Shown: positions 37,441-50,919 of the stretch, in pieces | Position numbering within the stretch: position 1 is the first letter of the stretch | Layout: each line of letters starts with the position of its first letter | NCBI RefSeq assembly: GCF_009914755.1 | Contig: NC_060927.1 | DNA length: 64,000 nucleotides | Origin: the human T2T-CHM13v2.0 reference genome, Homo sapiens | Direction: 5' to 3' (one strand) | The notes under the pieces: generated by a model | Database searches by the model: none | The model's input: only the letters and a program-made list of their open reading frames with translations | Told to the model about the DNA's origin: nothing | Made by a program: the position numbers and the translations under genes

Positions 37441-38599
37441 AGGGAGGTTTAAATCCCAGTTACCATAACTCAAACCACAAAGGCCTGTTTCTAAAAAAAA
37501 TCATTACTTGTGATTTATAATCTAAAAAAACAGTATGCCATTTTATTAAGCAGAGTCATATTTTTTCAAATGTCTTATCAACTAAGATGACCCAAAGTCA
37601 TGGGGGTTGGTTCAGGGCAATGCAATTTCTAGCTGGCATTCCTGGCCATCGTTTTCTACTTTCCAGGTTTTCCAAGAATAGTGGTTGAGAGGGGTAGTCA
37701 AAATTGGGGAATAAATATATAGGTCATTTGTATCTGATTCTCCCACCCAGCCTCAACCTCACTACACAGCAACAGCAACAAATGTCAGTGGCAGGAAGTA
37801 CACAACAAGAAGAATTAACCACAATTTTTTTAATCCAAACTTACAAACATAGTCAGTCACACATACACATACAGTTGGTTTGAAGTGGAGTGAGGGGCGG
37901 TAGCCAGCCTTCTTACTTTTTAACCAATAGGATCTCATGTTAGCCATCAAAGCAACAGACTTTCAGTCAGTTGACCTTTCATGATAGAGGGTTTTGTGGG
38001 GAGAAGAGAGAGAAAGGAGAGAAAAAAAATTGAGGTTTTTGCATCATTTGTCATTCTAATAGTTGAAGACTGAATCAGTCTTATGTTGCAGACACATTAA
38101 TTTGATTAAGATACAATCCATGGGTCATTCAGGCATGTAAAGTACTCTTGCTTAATTGCAAAATTAACAATAGAATAGGATAAATCATTACCAAACTGGA
38201 GGTTGTTCTGGGACTCATGGACTTTTTCCCTCACTCAATTCATTTTCTCCATCTAAAGTTCTTTTTGACACTTTGTTAAAGGAAAAATCGGGGCTAAGGC
38301 AACAGTAAGTGGCAAACCAACATTCAATTCTCAAGGCATTAGTTGAGGGACCTCATGCTCTCTCAGAACAGGAAATGCCGGTAGACCCATCTTACAAAAA
38401 GGATCGAAGAGTCCCTTCAGCTCCAAAGAGTTCATAACCATCTCATGATTCACAGAACTGTAGGAAGTTATCCAATGCCTCAAGACATCCACTCTGAAAC
38501 CTGAAGCCTAAGATCCTAGTTTCCATTTTTATTATATAACTCCTTGTCTGCCATCTCATTTCTTTTCAGGAGCAGCCTAATTTTCAGGCCCTGAGCAAC

Positions 38600-39265
38600 T
38601 TTTAGTCAAAAAATATCTACTATATTCCAGGCACTGTGGTAAGTGATAAAAATATAAAAACAAAGACTGTTCCTGGATCTCAACAAGCATTTCCTCTAGC
38701 TTGTCACTGAATTCCCTCCCTTCTGTGACTTCATGAGAGACACCTGGCTACAGCTTGGTGCCCACTGATGTGCTGTAACAGAAGCATGCACAGCACTATG
38801 GCAACACACAAAAGAAAATTAATCAAAGAGTAGGTGTGATTTCAGTTGGCCTAAAATTGAATTAGGAGGAGTTGACCATTCAGAGGAGAGAAGAGAGAAT
38901 TCCCAGCAGAGGGAACAGCATGAATCAAGGTGGGGAAGTGCAGGGATGCAGGGGTTATGTGGTCATTACCCCTGCAAGAAGCAACCAGGTGCTTTCACTT
39001 ATGTTGACAGGAAGTATCAGTGACCAAACATACAATCCAAATCTGGGAGAGTTAAGCACGAATCCCAGCAATATAGAGAAAGGAATTCTAGACTGGAATT
39101 CAGGAGACCCATTGTTCTTCTATCTAGAATATCATGTGACCCTGAGCTGGTGGCCATTTCATCTGAGCCTCAGTATCTTCATCTGCAAGATGGAAGTAAA
39201 CATTTCTTCCCTATCTATTTTATAAGTCCCTTTGAGGGATAAGTGAGATCATGAACATGATAGGT
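38600..39265. mobile_element. L2 fragment (-) and MIR (+)
   Basis: CTACTATATTCCAGGCACTGTGGTAAG...AATTCCCAGCAGAGGGAACAGCATG (L2); GTGACCCTGAGC...TCTGAGCCTCAGTATCTTCATCTGCAAGATGG (MIR). Confidence 0.7.
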
Positions 39266-41689
39266 TTAACTCAATTCAGGAAATGCCCAGCTTAGAATTC
39301 TTTATGGTAACAGTGTAAAGCACTGATATCAAACTGAAGAAGTTATTAGCAGTATTTTAAGTGGGAATTAACATGCTTTATTCAGGAGTCAGCAAGGCAT
39401 CCAGTGGCTGAAGTGTAGGGAGCATGACTAAGGGTAGCTTGGAGACACCCTTAAATATGCATAGATCTTATATTTCATTCAACTTAGAAACATGGCTTTA
39501 ATCCTTTATTTTATTATTTTAATACATAAACAAAACTGGCTCAGAATGAACATTCAAAGTGAAAAATATACCTAAGCATCTAAACCACTTATTCTATGCT
39601 TTGCAAATGACTTTGACTGTCACTATACCAAAAGGTTTGCTATCTGAAAATTTATCAGGACGGGTCAGAAGAAAAACAGGTAAAAATTGATTCAGAAAAC
39701 AAGAGTTTGAAGGAGTCTTCAACCCCTTTCGGCCCTAATGCTTGGTAAGCACCCTGCACACAGTGCTGCAGTCATACCCCAGAACATATAGCCATTTCTC
39801 ATTTCCAATATGCCAGAGCTGGGCAATGCTGCATGTGGTTCAGAAAGACTGGTGTTTATGTCATGGCTGGGATTGTAGACTATACACTTCCTGCAGGCCT
39901 TGTGAGATAAGACAGGGACATTTCTAGAAGAGCTGTCCTCTGGAACCCCAAGCAGTTTGGAGAAAAATCAAAGAGGGAGAGAAACAAGTGTCTCTATTTT
40001 GAAAGGATGATTTAGCAGTGTCAGACAACTTAGATCACAAGATGATGGAAATAAGAAAATGCCAAAACAATTTGCTCTCTTCCTTCACCTTTCTTCTAAA
40101 GAGCTTAACATATTTTATAGACATAGATGCACATTTTTATCATTGTACATTGGCAAGTCACTTTATCTTCCATAACTTCAAAGGTTCCCCTTTCCTCGTT
40201 TTTAAGGAATGGTGAGCAGATTAAGTGAGAAGCCCTTTGAAAACCGCCATGTCTGTGGTAATCATTGCTTAGAGAGAGAGCCAGGGCAGGCCTTGACATT
40301 TGTTCCATCCACCCCAGATGGCATTTTAATCTCTTTGCTCTCCTGCTGTTACATGGAGAAGAAAAGACTGGTCCACATGCAGGACCAGAGGCCTGAGTGG
40401 ATGTGTCAGCTCTGCTCTGTGTCCCTGGGCAAATTAATTTACATTTCTGGCTTTGGATCTCTTTTCACCATTATCCTCAAAAGGTAGACATGAGCTCTAA
40501 TATCCCTTTCAGTTCTAACACCTTGCAAAACCAAGATTCCTCAGGCTGTACTCTACTAACTGAGCAAGGGCCAAAAGCCATGAAGATGAGGGTTGTAGCT
40601 GGTGTTCCTGTTTCCTTACCTCTAAATTGAAAAGAACACTTACTTTGTGGAGTCTTTGGAAGGATTAGATATGATATACTCAAATCTGCTAGCACAGTGT
40701 TTGGTACCCAGTGGGTGCTCCATAAATGGTTTCCTAAATCAAAACTACAAGATATCCAGTATAAGACTCTGCCAACCTGATCTCTTGTCTTCTCAATTCC
40801 AGGCATCTTCATGGCTTGAGCACACGGCCTCTGAGTTACAGCTGACTCCTGTGAACTTGAAGTCCAAACATTAGAACAATCTTTGAGGCTTTCTGTTTTT
40901 TTCCAGAGGACATATGGAAAGCCTGTGAACTTTTCTGTTTCTTTTAGCTGGAACCTTGTGCCCCTGAGCACCAGTTTGCTCCAGGTGTCTGTGAAAGACT
41001 CCAAGGGAAATTGTTCCTAAGAACAACTATTTGCTTCACTGCGTTCATGCCTGCAAATGTTTTGTGCACCCCCTGCAATTGCAGGAGGAAGGAATACAGG
41101 AGACTGAGAGTCTGAAGCCACGAGTCAGCAGCATGATGTCCTTCTGTGTCTGCTTTGCCCAGTTGCCATCCTCCCAGTGTGATAAGCACTTGAGAACAGT
41201 AAGTCTTCATCAGCAACAGCGATGTCATTGCAGGCACTGGGCAGGCTAGAAGCTGTAGAAACGTGTCTCACTTACTCAGCATCCCCATCCCCTGCAGAAC
41301 CTAGAAAAAAATCAGAAAATTCTACATGCTTTTTCCTATTTAATGAGGTCGAACATTCTTAAGGAATGAAAAGCACAGCTCCAGACTAGCTTTTAATTAG
41401 CTTCAGGAGCCCTTGTTTCAAACTAGCCTGGTTCCCAAAGCTATTCTCTCTCTCTGCTCTGAATGAGATGAAAATTCAATGGCATTTCTCTTTGTCAACT
41501 CATACTAAAGTGCTCCTTCTGCCCCACAGGGTTACATAGGGAAGGACACTCAGTAGCCAGGCACTGCACATTTTGACCCCAGTAGGACACCAGAACCCTC
41601 AAAGGGCGGTTAAAAGACCAGATTTGGTGTTGTTTTTGATAACCTGCTGTGTAAACTTGGGCCGGTTTCTCCACGTGTACAACGGAAAA

Positions 41690-42225
41690 AAAAATATGAA
41701 CTTTAGAACCAAATAGACCTGGGATAAAACCCTGCCTTCTCATCTGAGTGCCTAGCAAGTTAACTAAGACAGTTTCTGTCTCTTCATTTGCGCTAACGGT
41801 ATTGATGTCTACCTTGTGGGATGTCTGAGGGGCCAAAGGAGATATTGTAAGGAAAGCATAATGTCCTGGACATTGATAGACACTCAGAAAACGCTGTTCC
41901 TCTACTTTCATCCTCATTCCTCCCCTCTGCCTATTTCACTGGGTTGAAGTAATGACCCAAAGGGATAACATGATTCAGAGGTTAGGAGCCTCAGTTTTGT
42001 AGCCAGAGGCCAGGGTTCAAATCCCATTCCTGCCCCATCCTGGCTGTGTGAACATGTGCAAGTTCCACGCCCTCACCGTTTCTTTGCATTGAAAATGCAG
42101 ACAATGTCAGTAGCTCCCCCATAGGATTACTGTGAGGACTAAATGAGATAGTGTACAAGACGCCCTTGCCTAGTGCCTGGCACATGGTAAGTACACTATA
42201 AATTATTAGTTAACAACAACAGCTA
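41690..42225 (+). mobile_element. Two tandem MIR relics
   Basis: AGACCTGGG...CAGTTTCTGTC...CCTGGACATTGATAGACACTCAG; GGGTTCAAATCCC...ATAGGATTACTGTGAGGACTAAATGAGATA...AGTGCCTGGCACATGGTAAGTACACT. Confidence 0.85.
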
Positions 42226-45200
42226 TAGCATCTGAGAGTGCATTGTAAAATGGAAAAATCCTCCAAGACGCTCATCTCAAATCCTTTTTGGAAAGAATGT
42301 GCCAGTGTTACCGATGCTTATGTAAATGTAAGTGGTTATTATTTATGTAGGAGAACATTACTGACTATTATGCAGGAAGAGGGAGAGAACAATGTAGAGG
42401 AAGAAAAAAATTTACAATGGGCTTCAAAGGGGAAAGAGGAGAAAGTAACATCTCACCCAGCAATATAAAAGCAGCCCCATATAACTCAGCTCTGCTCTGA
42501 CTGTAAAACATTATATCAATAGTCTTCCCTGAAAAAAGACAAGAAAGAGAAACACATGGAAAAGAAAGGAGAAGGACAACCTCATTTTATTTCCCCTAAA
42601 ATTAATCCTAAGGTTGTATTTATCCAACAGAATCTTACTGAACACCCACCCCATGGGAGATGCAGAGACATAGCAGGCCTGGCTCTGTCCTCAGGGAATT
42701 TGCAGTCTAATGAGGGCCTTCCAACAAGTACATAAATAACTAATTAAAGGTAGAAAGTGAAGTGTCATGAATTATCCTCATCATTGTTATTAGATGTCAT
42801 TTTTATTGAATTCTCTTTTTTATTATATCATCTCTTTTTCCAAAAAGAATTTTGGACAATTTATAACATAAAAGAAGTTATACCCTGGGTTTTTTTAAAA
42901 AAAGGAACTAGATATTTAGATTAAAGCAAAAAGATGTGGCAAAGACTAATGTAATTATCGAATTGAGAATCAAATTCAAGTGAGCATTCTGGACATCAGG
43001 GCAAAATCAAAATAGGAAACATATTATTATAATTTAATATTTCTTACATGTTGATGATCTCTTAAGTAATATTCAGAAGCGTAGACAAGGCCAAATTCAG
43101 TAATCTTGCATTTTCAATTCAACTGAAAAATGCCAAAATCATGCATGTCTGTGGAATTCAGGTAGGCACTGTTGATTATCAACATTTAAGGCCATTATTT
43201 TGGAAAAATCATCATCTTTAGTATGAATCACTAAAATATTGTTGCTTTTCATTGTTGGGAGGATTGTTTCTTAGGTAGCAGCTATGAAGAATGTAAGCTG
43301 TTTCACTTCTTATGTTTAATATATATACTCTAAAACCCGAACAATATTTGTATCATTAGGCTAGACTCGATAATTTTATTTTCAATGAGATTTCAGTGCT
43401 CCAGAGAGCTTTGATCTGTCACAGGGCTCTCTTGGGTTAATTGCTGCTGTTCTCAAGTCATCCTCGCTCAGACAGGTAGGTGGGAGTGAGTAGAATTAGC
43501 CAATTGTACAGAGAATCAAAGCCATTTGCTTGCAAGACTACCTACTTCTGAGAATTACCATGAATTTTGCATGCCACTAAGAAAGGAAGGAAGGAAGTGA
43601 CATCTTAAAGATCCTGGGCTTGGGCGAGCTGCGGTGAAGAAGACCAGCTGCTATTATTCTTCTGGCTGGTTCTGGCCTATTGTGATGTCTTTTATAAATC
43701 TAAGAGAACTTGAATTTTAAAGCTTGTTTTAAAGACCCTGTTTTGCCTTTTTAAACTGTAATTCTTTAAATGTTCAGGAGCTTGATTAATGAGGAAGAGT
43801 TAAAAATAAGTAAATAAAAAAGACAAGTAAACAAGTCAGGGGAAGAGGTGCTGAACTGAAAGAAATAAAAAGAATTGCAAGGTGAGGAGAAGGGAGACTA
43901 AGATGTCCAGAAGGCAATAGCATCTCGCCATTTCTCTGTTCCAGGCCCTGCAGTGCCCCTGAGAGGGGGTTTCTGGTGTCGGCCAGTTGAGAGAGAGCCC
44001 TGATCAGGCACGGGGCTGGACAGGGAGCCTGGTAACACGTGCTGGTCAATACCACACACATCTGTTTGATTTGGCACTGCTTACCAGCCAGCTGCTGGCA
44101 CAGAGCCAGAAGGGGCAGGTGGGGGTGTTTGGGGAGGGGGAAGGCAGGGGAGAGGGGATTATGTACAGTTGTTCCAAAATGGGGAACGGGGAGGAGGCCA
44201 GAAGAAATGAGGTGATGGAGGCCCCAAGGGCAGGCTGGAGCAGGAAGCCCACAGCTGTGGTGGTAGACCTTGCTGCTAATCACCCTCTGCAGCAGGTGAA
44301 GGTACTGAGTCAAAGTGCAGAGGCAGTAGGGAGGTGGCTTCCATAGACATTCAGGCATGGGGCCAGGTTTGCGTGAAGTGTCAGAAGTGCTTTCTCACTC
44401 TCCCTTTTGACCCACGTACTGTCTATCTCCCTAATGGTGAGCCTTTCAGAAATTTCAGACTAGCCACCATGTTGCTTCCCTATTTTTCCGACAAGATTAA
44501 ACATTTTATACCCCACCTCAAATAATGTTTTTGGTTTTGTGGGGTTTTGTTTTGTTTTTTTGTTTTTTGCTTTTTTTTGCTCACAAAGACTTTCTCTAAG
44601 CTGTTAACAGCCTCCCAACCATCTAGAGAGAACTTTGGAAAGAATAAGCCTGCTCACTTAACAGAAGACTTAGGAAGTATGAACAATGTTCCTGAAGCCA
44701 CCTGGCTTGGACAGTGCAAGAACAATCTGAGCAAACGCTGACTTTTCCACCCCAACACCATTTGCTCTGCCAAAATTTGCTCTGGTCCAAACTTTCAACC
44801 TTGTGCCAAGATGTTGAGTTGGTGAGTAGTGAATGTACACACCAGGGGAGAGCCATATTACTATGTCATCTCAGTGTGAAATCTGACACAGGCATACACG
44901 TTCAGTGTTCACTGTTTATTAACCAACACTGTCTGCCAGAAACCATGCTGGCTCTTCAAGTAGCTCACCGTCTGGGTGGTCTCTTCCTGGATCTCTATCC
45001 AGGTGTCCATTGCCTAAAGGGAATCCATTCAAGTCACTTCCACATGCTTGAAAATCTCACAAGTTTATCCTCTCTGCTCCTTAAAAAGTTCTATTCCCAC
45101 CGCTAGCATCACAAGTGACAAAAGACAAGACACTGTGTTGCAGCTGAAACTGACTATTCTGCTTCTTGAAACAGCAAAATCTGTTTACTTCTATGGTATT

Positions 45201-45319
45201 CTCAGTACACTGAGGGTCAAAATAATATGATTGGGAATTACCGACATCCAATATAAAATACTAAAAAACCCAGAAAATTTTATATGGTTTGCCCTAATAA
45301 TATAGGTTCAGGTTCTAAA

Positions 45320-45450
45320 GGGTATATGAGGTTCAAATCCTAATTCTGCCATTTCTTAGCAGGGTAAACTTTCCTTCTCTGTAATTTAAAATGGGAAGAA
45401 TAGGAGACCTTATCTCATAAGGTTGTTGTAGTAAAGGGCTCACTCATGTA
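45320..45450 (+). mobile_element. MIR relic
   Basis: GGTTCAAATCCTAATTCTGCCATTTCTTAGC...AAAATGGGAAGAAT...CCTTATCTCATAAGGTTGTTG. Confidence 0.7.
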
Positions 45451-46499
45451 ATGGCACAGATTTTGGCTACTGCACTCCAGAATGAAAAGGGAGATTTGTC
45501 CTTCATAGACAGGGCATCTACAACCACAACATCCCACTTCAATCTGGTTTTTCTTTGAATAATAAATTCCCCACCTTGTGTCACTGTAATTCTATCTTTC
45601 AACTCTCAATGCTCACACAGAATACTGACAGTTAAGAGACACCATTAAACTCTGCTACTCAGGAAAGGAACTTCAGGAACATAAGCTATCTACAGATAGC
45701 AAATACCAGCAAAGTTTAATCTGATTTATCAGCCACTTATTATTACTCCATTTCCCTTTTGCACCAGTGTCACATTCCCTGGAGACCTTTCAGGCTCTTC
45801 TTAGTCCTGGGCCTTCTTGACCCTCTACCTGAAAGGTGGTTTTCCTCTAGTTTTCTTTAATATAATTCCCAGGCTTCCTTCACTCCTTCTTCATCTCATC
45901 CTGAGGCTTTCGGTTCTGCACGCTTTGTCACATCCCTCTTCCATTACCTAACTCACCTGGATCCTCGTCCAACCTTCATGCCTTACACTGTGCACGGCTA
46001 TACCATAGTCTCAACTCTGCTTTGGAATGATGTTGGGTCATAAGCAGTTTATTCAGCATAGTTTTCCATTTTCAAACTCGTTTCCGTAGGCTGTATTACA
46101 GCTCTGTAGGACTGTAGACCCCTATTGATATAAAACATAGATATCCATAGTTATCCTATATAGGGTATTTCCTCAGAAGTCCCAACTGCATCCACAAGGA
46201 CTTGGTCACTGATACCTTGCGTGGTTGACACTGCAAGAGTTCTCAACTTAATTCTCTGCTCCACTCCAGGATTGAGGGCTTTTATTGTCTTCAGTGAGAG
46301 GACATTTAGCAGTCAGGTGACCCAGCATCAAGTTTGTCCCTTTCTGACCTTGCACCCTGGGTCCAGTGACTCATCTTATCCCTGATTTCATAATCCACCC
46401 AGGGTCCTCATTCCTACAAAACTGTTGGAATTAAAGTCTATCACCAACAGCTCCATAGCCTGCCTGTCTAGGAACAGGACTTATTCCCAGCCTCCCCCT

Positions 46500-46705
46500 A
46501 GCTTGATGGTAGAGTGGAAACAAACAGCAGGTTTGCACTCTTACCTAACCACTTCTTACATGACTAGTTGCTTTATCTCTCTAGGCCTCAATTTCCTCAT
46601 TTGTTAAATAGGAATAAAATTACCCTTGCAGAGATACTGTGAGAATACATCACAAAGCAGACTGAATTCTTGACACATAGCATTGCTCAGTGAATAGTAG
46701 CTGTC
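46500..46705 (+). mobile_element. MIR relic
   Basis: CTCTCTAGGCCTCAATTTCCTCATTTGTTAAATAGGAATAA...TGACACATAGCATTGCTCAGTGAATAGTAGCT. Confidence 0.75.
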
Positions 46706-46894
46706 TTTCTTAGGATGACCATTTATTATGGCTGGCTTGATGCTGGCTGCCGCTCAGCCTGTCCACCTCTTGCTTATCTTCGTGTGCTGCTGACACTCCC
46801 ACATTCACCATCACACCTACCTAACCTCCTCATCTGAGTTCCAACTCCTCCTCTCCTCCAAGTGTGTTCTCGTTGTGTCTGTTCTGACTGCTGG

Positions 46895-47103
46895 CTAGCG
46901 GTGTACGGGAGCCAACAGGTACCAGCTCACAAGAGCTGACCCTGGCATCTCTTCCTAGCTCCACATTCAGTGAGCATCGTATTGGTAGCTTGAAATCAGG
47001 CACAGTGGGAGTATTTACACAGCAGAAATCAGCAAATACTACAAACAGGGCTTCCCCTTCGCCCCACAGAGCCATTTGTTAAACATTTACAGGCACATAA
47101 GTG
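46895..47103 (+). mobile_element. MER63A hAT (Blackjack) DNA transposon, near full length
   Basis: GCATCTCTTCCTAGCTCCACATTCAGTGA...TTGGTAGCTTGAAATC...GTGGGAGTATTTACAC...TTGTTAAACATTTAC. Confidence 0.88.
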
Positions 47104-48720
47104 CAGACTCTTCATTTCTTCTGTACCTTCTCTGGGCCTTATTATCTGACCTGAACACTCAAATATAGCCCTTTTAAAGGAAGATCTTAGGGCTTTTTTT
47201 TGTACACTGACTGGCACTGCATTTCAGTGAGAATGCAGCTAAATCCATGCCGAAGTTTACAGAGTAACTCAGCTTAGGGATGGAAATATTACACCAGGAA
47301 ACAAACAAAAAAAATCTAACGAATATACATTAACCTCAGGATTAACCCTAGCACTAATGAGATCAGCTCAGTACAACCCAACTGTTTTTTTCCTGCCGGG
47401 CTCCCTCCTGGTGAGACAGGCTCCAGGGGCCAAGGCCTTTACCTGAATGCTGATGGAAATCTTCCAGGCCCTGAATGACATGTTCTCTGGGCCACTCCTT
47501 GAATGCCTCTAGCTTGGAAGCATTACTGTCCTGTAACAAAGAGGGTATAGAAGAAGATGAATCCTTTGTAGGTGAAAAGGGAGGCCTTGCCTTTCCTGCT
47601 TTGTTGTGAAGGCTCTGAGCCACATGAGTTTGCTAAGCTATAGACATGTTGAGGGCTCAAGTTCTGTTCCAATTTGTGTCCCCTAGAGGCCTGAACAAGT
47701 ATCCTGTCCCTTTATGGTGTTTAATTAAGGTTTATTGTACTGAAGACCACATTTGGGATGAGTAATGGTTACTTAGTGCTAGGACGCACTTACCTATCTA
47801 ATCTCCTTGAAGAAATACTTTATTAAGGAAATAAATAGATGTGTATGCCTGTGCCAGGTGCGGTGGGAGGAAGGATACTTTTCCCTAGGAGGAAATGTGT
47901 CCTTACGGATTTTAGAGAGCAAACTGTCATCTACTATCCTATCTGACTGTAGTGAATGTCATAAATCTCCTTTTAGCAGTATTTTATTCCTTCCTGTACA
48001 TGAAAGGACTCCCCACCAGCCCAATTCAGGGGCACATTCCATCCTTCTGCCCTGTACTCCTAAAATCCTCTTTTTCCCCCACAAAGTTTAAAATTCTACC
48101 CATTTTTCTCTCTTCATAATTGCAGGCTGCCTACAGAATGCAAAAGACTTCTCACCACCCCATGTCCTCGCAAGTACCCACCCTTCAACTTGCTGCCCCT
48201 AAAACTGGCACCTAGGGCAAGTTTTATTTTGATACATTTTATGATCATCTGCACAGGGATACCAACAGAAAGTGATGAGTGTAGGGAAGGGACAAAAGTT
48301 CCAGGAATGTCCCCAGTGCTCTCCTTACCCGGGTCTCTGGCCCACACTAAAATGGGAAATGCAACCCCTAGTTCTAAGAACTCCTCTTTGTATCCTCTCT
48401 CGCCTTCAGGGCAATGTCTCTGATGTTGGCAGGTACCACTAGCTATCCCTAATAAGAACAGCAGATATGAAGCTGTCAGGACCTTAACGAGGCACTTCGC
48501 AGGTTACAAATCATTCTCTCATCCTTTACTTTGGTGAACCTCAGAACCACCCTGTGACCTAGGCATTGAGGTGACCACCACCATCCTTCAGATGAGCTCA
48601 TGGGACAGAGCTGTCAGAATGCCTGGTGGATGCCTGGGTGCGACACCTGCCAAGGCATACAGTGATTACGCGCTGCTTCTGCATAACCTGCAGAAAGACT
48701 CTGATTCAGGCCATCTTTTT

Positions 48721-49029
<309 letters not shown>

Positions 49030-49609
49030 CTATCCACCACCCTGTCCCACTGGCAACAGCTTTGGTGCTTGCCTGATGACCGGATCTGTGCTCCCATGGC
49101 TACAGAGTAAAGTCAGGGCACCTCAGGCTGGACATCCAAATGACCCCTTGCCGTACTTCTAAGATCCAGGTTTGAGATAGGTCTGGATCAAGATGAAAAA
49201 TTGCCATTATCCCAGGACTGGCTTTTTATGTCTTGCTTTATCTTGCCATACTTTTTATGTCTTTTTCCCAAGTCATCAAATGTACAAGTGCTTCAAGCCA
49301 CAGAACTTCAGACTCCCTTAACTTATATTCTTACCTTTCCAGTAAGAATTAACTCTGAGTATTTAGGTTCTTCAGATACAAAATGCCTACTCTCTACTCC
49401 ATGTAGTAAGAAAACAAAATTTATTTTTGAATATTTACCAGTTTAAACTTCTCACTAACTCATACTGGCCATTATAATTGTATAGGATTTTTCTCCACAG
49501 AAGTCAGGAATCTCCTTCAGCATGTTGATGTCAGATGATAGAATGGAGAGGACCAGTGGACTACTCAGTGCCAAGCTTAAGAGGTCATCTTATTAATCAA
49601 TTGAATGGA

Positions 49610-50390
49610 AGTTTAATTTATTCATTCAACACACACTTACTAATAACTTGAGCCCCTGTAGTACTTGAGATCTGCTAACATATACATGTTATAAGTATGT
49701 TATCCATGCTTTCTAATTAGATTGTGAGGCCCTTCAAAAGAATCTGATCTCAATTTGCCACCACCTGTCTTATAACATCGGGCAACTCACTTCACTTCTC
49801 TGGGCCTCAGTTTCCTTATTGTGGGGGGTGGCTAAAAGGAGCGCCCTAAATCCACAGAGTCACCTTCTTTCCACTCAATTCAGCAATTATGGGTTATGCA
49901 CAGAACATGAGAGCTGCTGAGGAAGCTCAAAGAAGGAAAGAACAGGTGCTGTTCAAGAAGAATCAGAATTGTTGAAGCTGGGCGAGGGTACATGGAAGTT
50001 CATCAGATAATTCTGTCTATTTATGTGTATATTTGAAAATCCCCTACAAAAAAAAAAAGCAAGAAAGGAAGAAAGGAAAAAATACAAGGAAATCTAGCAG
50101 GCTTCACATAGCGAGAAGCAATTTAGCAGAGTTGAAGCATGGGTAGGATTTCAATGAGCCGACACTTGGTCAGGGGCCATTCCAGGCAGGGAACACCATG
50201 AGCCAGGGCATAGAGACTGGAAAATACAAGGTGTTCACAAAGAACTGGGAGTAGCCATGTATGACAGCAGCATGGGGAGCCAGAGGGAGCAGCTGGAGAT
50301 GGGCTGGAAAGGTATCGTGAGATCAGAGCTGAAGAGCCTCCAGAGGCCCTAGAGGAGTCTCAGCTTAGTTCAGTTCACCAGGGAAAGTGA
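49610..50390. mobile_element. Mosaic of L2, MIR and short L1M-tail relics
   Basis: ATTCATTCAACACACACTTACT (L2 -); CTTCTCTGGGCCTCAGTTTCCTTAT (MIR +); GAGGGTACATGGAAGTTCAT...GTGTATATTTGAAAAT + A run (L1M 3' end +); CATTCCAGGCAGGGAACACCATGAGC (L2 -). Confidence 0.6.
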
Positions 50391-50915
50391 CCTCATTGGT
50401 CGCGCTTGAGTTGGCCTTACTGCTTCACAGCCCGCCTGGGTGCAGGCCCAGAAGCAGGGCCATGTGGCAGAAACTGGCAGAGGAGGATGCTGGCAGCACC
50501 ACCGGGCTTGTTTCTCCACCAGGAAACAAGGTTTCCTATAACTCAGACCCATGAATCAGCATTTCCTCTGTCAATAATACGCAGCCAGAAATTCAACAGC
50601 ACAGAGCTCGGGGAATGGAAGAAAGGAAGGAATATTCCATGACATCGCCAGGCTCTGCTGCTCTGCTCTCCTTTCCCCTCAAGAAGCACTGCTGATAAGC
50701 TCCCGAATGACACTCAGGTTTCATAGGATAAGTTTCTCAGAGAACCGCACGGTACCTCATGACAATTAAGTCCCACAGAGTAGTCGGCGCTCTTGTCATA
50801 CTGTGTGTCGCTATCACCACGAGGATAAGTAAGAGCACTTTCTGAATTCCTTCATTACATGATAACTAACCATTAATACCACCGTTCTATCATGGCAGAG
50901 ATTTGAGGATACGTG
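50390..50915. promoter_or_regulatory. Candidate enhancer (CpG-retaining unique block)
   Basis: About 16 CpGs in ~520 bp; ATGAATCAGCATTT (MAF/NRF2-like) at 50551. Confidence 0.4.
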
Positions 50916-50919
50916 TGAT

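Noticed and set aside
43786-44358. Longest ORF (190 aa, minus) and overlapping 119-aa plus ORF
   Set aside because: Pro/Leu- or Gly-rich translations of a GC-richer, G-tract region where stops are rarer; no recognisable protein family.
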